Positions 1-11,702 of a stretch of 64,000 nt of DNA are shown in pieces. The position numbers and the translations under genes are program-made. The first letter of the stretch is position 1, and each line of letters begins with the position of its first letter. Below the pieces are notes generated by a model that saw only the letters and a list, made by a program, of their open reading frames with translations, had not been told where the DNA came from and did not search any database. Origin of the DNA: Antedon mediterranea (Eukaryota > Animalia > Echinodermata); NCBI RefSeq assembly GCF_964355755.1, contig NC_092676.1:21222871-21286870 (forward strand), in the 5' to 3' direction.

Positions 1-230
1 GGTATCCACTGCAGAGTAAAGGTAACTCCCGTATTGATTCATAAACGTAGGAGAATGAGCTAATTTTACTAAGCCTCGGCATTACGTGGCAGAGTGTGGC
101 TAGTTCCTTTCTACGCCGCCTTATCACCCCTAGTATTTTCAACCAGGTACTCATTTGTAGCAGAGTATAGACTGTGAGCTGTCGGGAATTGAACCCGGGT
201 CGTTCAGTATGACAGTCAAGTGTACTGGGG
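1..230 (-). mobile_element. degenerate tRNA-derived SINE
   Basis: The minus strand reads ...GACCCGGGTTCAATTCCCGAC (Pol III B-box), then a core-like GCTACAAATGAGTACCTGG and an ACCTTTAC-type tail. The A-box is decayed. Confidence 0.55.
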
Positions 231-1798
231 TTCTAACATTCCCCAATAACTGAACAAATATAAAACAATAATCATTCTATACGGTGGTCTTTTTCGTGTA
301 GGACGACAATATTTATAAGTTGCGTTTTTAACTTCCCGTGAAGTCATTGGTGATGGATCAATACATCTCAATTACCTCCTTTGAAACTATACTATACCGG
401 ATAAGGTTGGCCACTTAACAACACGAAACTGATAATAATATACGGTAGTACTAATTTCTTACATTCTATATACCAAGAACGTATAACTGTCCTTTGTATA
501 ATATTTCAAAGAATAAATTTAATGTACGGTAACGGTGGCAATTTTACATGTATTTTTTATTATGATGAATTTTATTATAGAATTATTTTTACGGAATGAA
601 TATGTATTCATAACATGTTGCTGGGTAACTAGCATACGTTTGCATTTTACGTAGACTACAGAATTTTCAATTGACTCTAAATTTTAATATCGTTATATAA
701 TATTTTAATCATTATTGTTATATAAATAAGTTATATACTAATTAATTTACATAAGGACTTTCGTTATTAATTTTATTATAGTTTATTCGGCCTTCTATCG
801 ATTTGAACACGCAGCATGCTGCTCTTTACCATGATGCTCAACATTGCAAGGCCGCTCACAGAACAACAATAGTATTTTAATATTAAACGCATTCAAAATT
901 ATCAATATACACTAACCTTATATTCCCAAAGGTGTATAGTCATTGTGTACAAACTCAGGCTTAAGTGATTGTGTGGTAATCATAGTGTACAGTTTGATTA
1001 AATTCAATATTCACAATCTACTTATTAACGCAAAGAATATATATTTCGTTATAGAGTAACATAGAGTAATATTAATAATATGTGACATTTTTCTGGAATT
1101 ATGTAGGCCTACTGGCCTAATCTCAGGTTAATGTGTCGATTTGGGATGTAATATCTGGGAGTTATTTTACAACTCCCTGGTAATTTTAAAACTGTCCTAC
1201 AATTTCTTGCTATGGAATCTCACGGTTTATCACGGAAGCTCGAATTGATTAAACGAGGTTTAAGCCTTAATGAAATTGTTAATCAAGATAGGCATGTAGC
1301 AATATTCTACATTTGTCAGATTCAGACGTGCTAGGCCTACATTATATTATGGTGTGAAGCACTTAAAATATCTTTTTCGCTCTACAAATAACGGATTCCC
1401 TGTCATTGTGTTTTCTACGTTTAGCTATCTCCTCTACGTCCTACTGCGACAAACTGATCTTCTTATGTGACATTATTATGACGTCATTAACATTACTGTT
1501 ATTATACATTGATGAATTTAAAGGCTTACTGATTATGGCTTAATAAAAGCTAAGTACCCTTAAACCGAATATCTTGATGACATTAGATAAGTAATACATA
1601 TGTATACATGTGTTATATAAAGTTAAAAATCAAATAAATGTTGAATGTCCATCTGTCCGTCTGACTAATTCAATACTTTAACGTGATGAGGAGAAAGAGG
1701 TATAACTGACGTATAGGTTTGATTTAAATAACAATCTATGGTACCGTACGCAGTACAATTTTTACGATGCTAAATAATTATCATCATTTTCATTTCAG

Positions 1799-4759
1799 AT
1801 AGCGGGATGCGTGATACTTGGACTTGGTGCATATGTGTACATTGAGGCAGACGATTTCTCATCACTCATTGAATCCGATACAATTTACAACTTTGCCATT
1901 TTACTGATGGCTACGGGTGGATTTTTGTTCTTGGTTGGATTAAGCGGCTGTTACGGTGCATGCGCAGAGAATGTTTGTTGTCTGATGCTGGTAAGCTCAT
2001 AAGCTGTACATTATTGTAAATATGTAATGTGTGGCCTATGGTTTCAGTTCACTGGAGACTGAGGAAATGTTTGTGTGGGCCCTGTACTGTACGCGCCACG
2101 CCTAAATTATCTATGGGGTATCGAGTTTTGTCACAACATTCCATTTCTTCCATGCTTCCACCTCCTTATCCTCTTATATAGCAGTACAGAAAGAAACTAC
2201 ACACGTTGTATACGTATATACTTACTTATAATTTTACTTACTTATTCAAGTTTTATAAGTCATGTCAATCGTTTATACACAGAAAACAGTGAAATTAATA
2301 ATTAATAACACATTTACTTAAATTTTTATAGTATTTTGGATTAATGCTTATTGTGTTGATTATGCAATTAGCCGGTGGTATCATGGCATTTATCTATCAA
2401 GATGACGTAAGTAACTGTGTTGTCTTTCTCTATATATTTTCTGTTCTATTCTATTCATTGTCACTACCATGGTATCGGCTGAAGATTATTTTCAGTTTAT
2501 TTAGTGATTGGTTGATTTTTAGGGGCTAGTTGGTTACAGGCAAATTTACACAAACGACGAGCGGTAGCGGTAGGCGGAAAGCGCGTGCTTGTCAACACAA
2601 CTCCACCCCTCCCCCAACACACACACCCACGATCTGTATCTATCCTGAGTGTGTTTCCGCTCAACCGCCCGTCCGCTTCCCTTTTTGTAAATGGTCATAA
2701 GAAATATCATTACCGTAACCGCTCGTATTTGTGTAAATTGACCTTAAGAGTCAATATGTCTATATTATCTTAAAATCGTGTGGCCGATGTAATTACAAGC
2801 AAAAACACGATTGAATTATGAATATTATAAATTGCAATTTGTTCTGTGTTTAAAATAGTTGCGAGCTGAAATAGAGACTACAATGCAAAATGCTATTAAG
2901 AACGATTATGACACAAACAAAGAAACTGAAGACTCAATAGATTATGTGCAGGAGAAGGTAAGTAGACCAACATACAATAGAACCTCTTGGGACAGCTTTT
3001 GAACCTTAAAAAATTCGTAGTATTATATTACGTATCGCCCCTCGTTTGTTAGACGAGAATGCGTGGTGTCCCAAATGGAGTGGTGCTATTGCAATAACTA
3101 TCATATTAAATTAGGCCTATGTTGTTGTGTATAACTATACATTATTATGAATAAAGCAAACAGCAAAAAAGCATTTTAGAACAGACCTCGTACAGGCCTA
3201 TAGCAACTCATCACTGAACTTTCATTTTGTTGTGCGGAAACTAATTCAGGATTCGAGTATGCAACCATTGCTAGCTTATATTTTTATAAGAATAGTAGGC
3301 CTAAATTAGTAGATCGGTGACATGTAAAGTCCGATTCTCACTTCTGTAAATGTTGTATAGCATCTAGCACCATATGTATAATACTGCTTGACACGTGACT
3401 ACTATCTTAGGAGCAATAATCACATGTATGTGACGCTTTATTTATAATAATAACAGGATTTTTATAGCGCTCAAGGCGCATTTACCCATCCTTACGCTTA
3501 TAAAAAAGTAAATAAAAAGTATTACCCACATGCGTCGTGACTGCGCATCACACAATACTGCCTGGACAGTGGACAGAATCGGGTGAGCACCTTAAACTTC
3601 TACCGTATTGAATTTCTTAATAGTTTGAATGCTGTGGAGCTATGTCACCAGCAGACTGGGATGACAGAACCCTGGGAAAACCTGCATCATGTTGTAAGGA
3701 AACAGACTGTAACCCGTCAACGTCGGGAACTACATGGGAATCTGTAAGTGCATTTACATATGGCCATCATAATTGATTATCATTGTAATTATTATCTTCA
3801 TAATTATTTGTATCATTAATCATCACATCAAGTCATAATAGCCATTCCAATTTACTCTCGAAATTTGCATGCATGTTTTTTTATGTTACTGATGTAACAT
3901 TTAATTAGACTCTTTCTACAAGTCTTTAGTTTCTTAGAGTTGCATAGCGCTACCAGCAGGTGTTTTCATATTTCCAAATTCACTCAAGCTGCTCAAGAAA
4001 TATTGTATGACACGCAATGTGTGCCAAAATGACCATTTTCTATATACCTCCTATACCATTGATTATTTATTTCACAGGGATGTGTCGACGCTGTTGACGA
4101 TTGGGGAAAGCAGAATCTTTTGATTCTCGGTGGCCTGTGTCTTGGTCTGCTAGTCTTTGAGGTATGAACACTATCGCACCTTTTTTTCAAATAGATTAAG
4201 AATGTGTAGATTGGTTAACGCTAGGTTCCCAAGGATGCAACGCAACGATGTAAGTGCACGGCAAGTGAATTGACCAATGACAAGCAACCGTTTGAATAAT
4301 CCATCGCTTGTGATTGGTCAAATCGCTTGCATTGCTCAATTAGTCCTGCGAACTAAGCTTATTAAAGATGTATTGTCCCCTAAAAACATGAAAAATGAAG
4401 ATTAATTGAATCAGACTTTGAATAGGTTAGTTTGTAGAAAAAACCGAAAAAAATTATGTTTTCACTTAGAAAAAGACTAAATAAATGGTAATTCAACCAA
4501 AAACCCATTGGCTGGCAGCCAATTTGACCATTTTTTGTTTTAAATTACAGAGGTAAATAATTTTTTTTTTCGATCTAATTTTTGGTCAAAATGGATAACT
4601 ATGATGCGACATTAAAATGGCATATTTAACAACAAGAATTAAAAAACTGTGTTACACCGAATAAAGGCCAAAACATAACTATTTCGTATCAATGTTTCTT
4701 TTCAGCTTATCCCAATGTGCCTTGCTTGTTGCTTAAGGAAATTGATCAAAGACGACTAA
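1799..4759 (+). CDS. tetraspanin 1 (partial; first coding exon not found in window)
   Basis: Phase-0 GT-AG exons 1799-1990, 2332-2406, 2859-2957, 3624-3743, 4078-4161, 4706-4759 (TAA). Translation gives TM2-TM4, GCYGACAENVCCL, a large loop FECCG...PASCC...C...GC, and a C-terminal LACCLRKLIKDD*. AATAAA at 4981. Confidence 0.92.
2539..2746. mobile_element. MITE, PIF/Harbinger-like (related fragment at ~30810-30920)
   Basis: Terminal inverted repeats GGCAAATTTACACAAACGACGAGCGGT ... ACCGCTCGTATTTGTGTAAATTGACC, followed by TTAA. Confidence 0.6.
4221..4360. mobile_element. small palindromic MITE family (second copy ~14578-14710)
   Basis: Both copies share (C)TAGG/TGGTTCCCA...TTGACCAATGACAAGC...GCTTGTGATTGGTCAA, an internal inverted repeat. 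Confidence 0.55.
4362..4645 (+). mobile_element. TTAA-flanked MITE (Kolobok-like), 5' part
   Basis: Starts TTAAAGATGTATTGTCCCC, the reverse complement of the end of the copy at 21811-22163. Shares the central ATTGGCTGGCAGCCAAT palindrome. Confidence 0.65.
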
Positions 4760-5892
4760 ATATTGTAATGTTTTATGGTTCTTGTCTACGAACTGTGTTT
4801 TAAAATTACTACTCATTAACATATTTTATATTATAGAGTTGTCATTACTCTATTTTCAAAGAATTGTTTAAACGTTTTTTAGTTAACCATGTCGATTGTA
4901 TATACTGTACTGGTACTTGTATTTATCAATGTAGAAAGTGTTGTTTTTAATTTAGGCATTCAGGTTGTATTGAAGTGTAAAATAAATGTATTTCAATCTT
5001 AATTATAAACCCAACACCACGTTACATAAGTTACGGAATACATGGCGATTGTAACAATATTGATAACAAGTTTAGGCCTAGATAATTGATATGAAACACT
5101 ATAGGCAAATGTACTCAGCCCGGGACTTTGTTACGGGTAAAGTAAGCCTACATTCGAACAGTAATGTACGATAGGCTAGATAGTACTATACAATAATGTC
5201 TTTCGAAAACAGCATCGCCAAAATTAAGTTTTAACTTAGCATAGACCTTCTAAACTTGATTCGACTAATTTTTTAGATAGAGATTAGGGCACGTCACGCA
5301 GCCAAGTGAATTGTGTGTTTGTACTTTGTGGAAATATGCACACTTTCATTAATAATATAAGATACATTTCAAAAACTAATTGAACTTTTTTTGTAAGTTT
5401 GTAAACAATTGCAGTGCGAAAGAAGAAATCAGGAAAATAGTTATACGTATTTTGATTTTTTAAGTGTGTATTTTTTATTTAAGGATTGCAACAATGTAAT
5501 TGGTCAGACGTTTCTTGCCTTACTCTGACATAGCAACTATTTTTTTTTTATTACAATACCTTATCTGATCTTTGATAGGATGGAGAATACAATACAAACA
5601 TACAAAATAATCTATATTTATAATGAAAATGTTGTAAGAAAACTTTTAATATTTTTACGATGTTGTTATAGATTTTAACCGATTTAAAATTTGAATTTAT
5701 CTTGTAACTATTTATAACAATGTTATTTCTGAATTATAGTGATATCGCGTTAATAATATATACGATTAAATACAAGTTTTATCGTATCTTTAGTGGATAT
5801 TGTTAAGTAATAAAGCGAAGAAACCGACCTAATTGTTGAAAGAAATTGAAAAAAAAATGATATTCTTATTGAAGTAACATAAACGATTTATG

Positions 5893-8800
5893 ATATAGTA
5901 ACCAGTTATGTCGAAAAATTAAAACATGCGCAGAGACGAATATTAGGTTCTGCGCATGTCAATTATGCTATAGTAACCAGTTTTATCTATTTTTTGACAC
6001 AAATGGTTACTATAGCAAAATCAACATGCGCAGAGACGAATATTATGTTCTGCGCATGTCAATTATGCTATATTAACCATTTTTAAATTTTTTTATATAT
6101 AATTAGTTACTATAGCATAATAAACATGCGCAGAGACGAATATTAGGGTCTGCGCATGTCAATTATGCTATAGTAACCAGTTTTATCTATTTTTTGACAC
6201 AAATGGTTACTATAGCAAAATAAACATGCGCAGAGTCGAATATTGGGTTCTGCGCATCTCTATTATACTATAGTAACCAGTTTTATCGAAAAATAAAAAG
6301 GTCGAAAATTTGCCATTTTTTTGAAAAAATCCCTGTACTATATATAGTACAGGGAAAATTTCGAAAAGTGACCATTTTTCGAAAACTTTCATTTTTTTTT
6401 ATATACATGGGCAGAGACGAATATTAGGTTCTGCGCATGTCAATTATGCTATAGTAACCAGTTTTATCTATTTTTTTACACAAATGGTTACTATAGCAAA
6501 ATAAACTTGTGCATAGTCAAATATTGGGTTCTGCGCATGTCAATTATGCTATAGTAACCAGTTTAAACGAAAAATAAAAAGGACGAAAATTTGTCATTTT
6601 TTGAAAAAATCCCTGTACTATAGTACAGGAAAAATGTCAAAAAATGACCATTTTTTTACCCTCTCATTTTTTGATATAATTAGTTACTATAGCATAATAA
6701 ACATGCGCAGAGACGAATATTAGGTTCTGCGCATGTCAATTATGCTATAGTAACCAGTTTTATCTATTTTTTGACACAAATGGTTACTATAGCAAAATAA
6801 ACATGCGCAGAGTCGAATATTGGGTTCTGCGCATCTCTATTATACTATATTAACCAGTTTTATCGAAAAATAAAAAGGTCGAAAATTGGTCATTTTTTGG
6901 AAAAAATCCCTGTACTATAGTACAGGAAAAATTTCGAAAAGTGACCATTTTTCGACACTTTCATTTTTTTTAATATACATGGGCAGAGACGAATATTAGG
7001 TTCTGCACATGTCAATTATGCTATAGTAACCAGTTTTATCAATTTTTTGACACAAATGGTTACTACAGCAAAATAAACATGCGCATAGTCAAATATTGGG
7101 TTCTGCGCATGTCAATTTTACTATAGTAACCAGTTTTATCGAAAAATAAAAAGGTCGAAAATTTGTCATTTAAAAAAAAAATCCCTGTACAGGAAAAATT
7201 TCAAAAAATGACCATTTTTCGACCCTTTCATTTTTTGATATAATTAGTTACTATAGCATAATAAACATGCGCAGAGACGAATATTAGGTTCTGCGCATGT
7301 CAATTATGCTATAGTAACCAGTTTTATCTATTTTTTGACACAAATGGTTACTATAGCAAAATAAACATGCGCAGAGTCGAATATTGGGTTCTGCGCATCT
7401 CTATTATACTATAGTAACCAGTTTTATCGAAAAATAAAAAGGTCGAAAATTTGCCATTTTTTTGAAAAAATCCCTGTACTATATATAGTACAGGGAAAAT
7501 TTCGAAAAGTGACCATTTTTCGAAAACTTTCATTTTTTTTTATATACATGGGCAGAGACGAATATTAGGTTCTGCGCATGTCAATTATGCTATAGTAACC
7601 AGTTTTATCTATTTTTTTACACAAATGGTTACTATAGCAAAATAAACTTGTGCATAGTCAAATATTGGGTTCTGCGCATGTCAATTATGCTATAGTAACC
7701 AGTTTAAACGAAAAATAAAAAGGACAAAAATTTGTCATTTTTTGAAAAAATCCCTGTACTATAGTACAGGAAAAATGTCAAAAAATGACCATTTTTTTAC
7801 CCTCTCATTTTTTGATATAATTAGTTACTATAGCATAATAAACATGCGCAGAGACAAATATTAGGTTCTGCGCATGTCAATTATGCTATAGTAACCAGTT
7901 TTATCTATTTTTTGACACAAATGGTTACTATAGCAAAATAAACATGCGCAGAGTCGAATATTGGGTTCTGCGCATCTCTATTATACTATATTAACCAGTT
8001 TTATCGAAAAATAAAAAGGTCGAAAATTGGTCATTTTTTGGAAAAAATCCCTGTACTATAGTACAGGAAAAATTTCGAAAAGTGACCATTTTTCGACACT
8101 TTCATTTTTTTTAATATACATGGGCAGAGACGAATATTAGGTTCTGCACATGTCAATTATGCTATAGTAACCAGTTTTATCTATTTTTTGACACAAATGG
8201 TTACTACAGCAAAATAAACATGCGCATAGTCAAATATTGGGTTCTGCGCATGTCAATTTTACTATAGTAACCAGTTTAATCGAAAAATAAAAAGGTCGAA
8301 AATTGGTCATTTTTTTGAAAAAATCCCTGTACTATAGTACAGGGAAAATTTCGGAAAGTGACCATTTTTCGACACTTTCATTTTTTTTAATATACATGGG
8401 CAGAGACGAATATTAGGTTCTGCGCATGTCAATTATGCTATAGTAACCAGTTTTATCTATTTTTTGACACAAATGGTTACTACAGCAAAATAAACATGCG
8501 CATAGTCAAATATTGGGTTCTGCGCATGTCAATTTTACTATAGTAACCAGTTTAATCGAAAAATAAAAAGGACGAAAATTGGTAATTTTTTGAAAAAATC
8601 CCTGTACTATAGTACAGGAAAAATGTCAAAAAATGACCATTTTTTTACCCTCTCATTTTTTGATATAATTAGTTTTTATTTTTATTTTTATTTTTCGATT
8701 AAACTGGTTACTATAGTATAATTAATATGCGCAGAACCCAATATTTGACTAGTACAGGAAAAATGTCAAAAAATGACCATTTTTTAACCCTCTAATTTTT

Positions 8801-9270
8801 TGATATAATTAGTTACTATAGCATAATATACATGCGCAGAGACGAATATTAGGTTCTGCGCATGTCAATTATGCTATAGTAACCAGTTTTATCTATTTTT
8901 TGACACAAATGGTTACTATAGCAAAATAAACATGCGCAGAGACGAATATTGAGTTCTGCGCATGTGAATTATACTATAGTAACCAGTTTTATCGAAAAAT
9001 AAAATGGTCGAAAATTTGTCATTTAAAAAAAAAATCCCTGTACTATAGTACAGGAAAAATTTCAAAAAATGACCATTTTTCGACCCTTTTATTTTTTGAT
9101 ATAATTTGTTACTATAGCATAATAAACATGCGCAGAGACGAATATTAGGTTCTGAGCATGTCAATTATACTATAGTAACCAGTTTTATCGAAAAATAAAG
9201 AGGTCGAAAATTGGTCATTTAAAAAAAAAAATCCCTGTACTATAGTAAATAAGAAAAAATCCCTGGCATA
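5893..9270. repeat. palindromic satellite array; ~275-297 bp monomers, 1141 bp higher-order repeat
   Basis: CCCTGTAC recurs at about 6331, 6611, 6908, 7183, 7472, 7752, 8049, 8325, 8600, 9036 and 9233. Spacings 280+297+275+289 sum to 1141, equal to the offset of the identical ORFs 6210/7351. A decayed monomer lies at ~9660-9760. Confidence 0.97.
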
Positions 9271-11702
9271 TCGATATTTTAAAATATGTTTATAATTATT
9301 GACATAACATTCTCAGATATTGGATTATTTCCCTACATTCCTTGCTAAACTTAAAATAAATTTGTTCTCCGATAATAATTAGGCCTATGTATATAATTTA
9401 AAATACTTTTTATATATATTTTTTATTTTATGATTTAAACTTTGCTTTGGAATTTTGATATATTATATTTTAAGATGGTATAATCATTGCTTGTGAAACT
9501 GGGTGAGTGGGGAACACAGGCTTTAAGTCATAGTGATTAGGTTCGCTTTTGTGTCCCATGCCAGTTCACTCAGTTGGTTATATTGTTTTTTTGTATGTCG
9601 TGTTTTTCATGTATTTTATATTTGGCAATAAAAGAATAAGAATAAGAATAAGAACACATTATGTACGTCTGCACATGCCAATTTATGTTAGTAACCAGTT
9701 ATGCCGAAAATAAATAGTACAGGGATTTTTTTCGAATAATGACCAAATATCGACATTTTATAATATGTATATATTATCCTTTCGTTTGCTAAAAACTCAG
9801 GATATAAAACAAATTATTAAATTGTTCACCTTCAGCCTGAAGCTCCAAACGGTGTGTTTAACGCGTTAGTAATCAGGTTTATATAACGAACGAAAAAATG
9901 AGAACGTAATTCTGTAATACCAGCTTAATCTTACTAGTACGTCCTCTTGTGACACATCTTTTATAAAAATGTTAATAATACTGTATAACTGTACGGACAC
10001 ATTTTGACCGGGTGAGGGCGTCGTTGTAGCAAGTTAATGGTCTTGAATTTGATTTTTTAAGTAAACTATAATCACTTCAATTTTCGCGGGCATCGTTGGA
10101 ATTTTGTTCGAAGTTCACGTCACGCCATCGCGATTTACTTAACTTTTAGTTATACAGTATTTTAATTGGTCTGATTTTACGCTAACTTCATTTTTTAGCT
10201 GGTACCCGACGTGAAAGTACTATATCGATACTTCAAGAAGATACAGAGAGTGTAGTGTAAGAAAAGGTGAGGTTGGAAGATTATTCATCGATTGTTGCAC
10301 AGTTTGGTACGCGTTGGTAAGCTTAATCACAGTAGGTGTTCCTCATTTTAAGGTAATGCAATCCAGACGGCTTTTCTGGTATTACTATTAGATGTACAGA
10401 GTACAAGGGTCCATGTTAAAACAATAGAATCGTATGTTTGTTTTAATCAATCAAGTAGTATAAGCCTGATTCTATCATGCCATGTTTGTTTTTTGAATAT
10501 TTTTTTTTAGATCGTTGGTATATAGAATGTTAGTATGGACATTCAAAAAATTGTTATAATTTAAAATTCTAGAGCCGAGCTATTTAAACATATTCTATAT
10601 TCCTTCTTAAACCACGTACGTATGCCTAAATGTTTAGTTTTTAATATTTAGTACCATCTAGTATGGGATTCTATGGATTCTATAGTGTGCCATATTTTAT
10701 AATAGATATACTTTTAACGTTTTTGTTACATTTATGGTCTTTAAGTAAAAAGTGATCTCTTTATTTTTTGTTAAATTACATTTTATCTAAAACTATCCTG
10801 CATGTTCTTTATAGTAGGCCTAGTATGCCTACCATGTGTTTCTTATTTATTGAGAGGAGACCGCAGAAACTTGTTAATGTAAAGTAAAGAGTTCTTTAAA
10901 AACCAAGTCATGTATACCATGCACCAGGGGTCGCGCCAAGGGGCCTTTTTACATTAACACACAGACGAAACGCATTTGTTTGTTTTTTTATTTGTATCGA
11001 ATTGAAGTGTAGAGTAAACACATTCAAAGCCACGCACTAATCTGAAGGTCAGGACCATGGTCGACTTTAAACTTTGTATAATATTTAAAAATGATATTAT
11101 GGTTAAAACTATAGCATCAAAGTTGTAATCTGCTACTATAAATAATACATTCAAGTATAAGCGACTGGCACATAACATGCATAAATGCATATAACTACAC
11201 AATCTGTGTGTATCGAGTTAAAACCGAAATAATTAAGAACATTTGAGGCTTCAGGGAATGAAAACATGTCGGAATTTCAGACTTTATAGACAATTGAGAA
11301 CCGTCTAATCTACGGATCTACGACCTAGCCTACGGAGTAAATACCATATAGCCTCCATTAATCTCTAAACACAAATTTTCTACTTTGTTTAAATGTTGTA
11401 CATTTAGGCTAGGCCTATTTTTATGAACTTTTGATTTAGTATAACTATAAATGCCTGAAAGATTTACGATTCATTTTTTCAAATAATTTTCATCATGTGA
11501 CCATGCGACTTGCCTGTAAGAACCAAGTTCATTGAACCATGGAGGACTTCCTTTAAGATTTAACTACAATCCTCACATGATTATCATTATAAAAATCAAG
11601 CCCCAGGGACAGATTGTTGCTTTTGTTCATGCGGAGAATATTAGGCCCACATTTTTTGGCTAGGCCTACTAGAATAATGCCATGAGTTTTTGTTTCTCTA
11701 GA

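Noticed and set aside
600-630. TGG|GTAAC as the missing first coding exon of tetraspanin 1
   Set aside because: The upstream sequence gives no plausible ATG-TM1 frame. The exon is probably outside the window.
5893-9270. CRISPR-like array, and ORFs 6210-6392, 7351-7533 and 8916-9164
   Set aside because: There are no unique spacers and no cas genes, and the context is eukaryotic. The ORFs are chance frames in a satellite.
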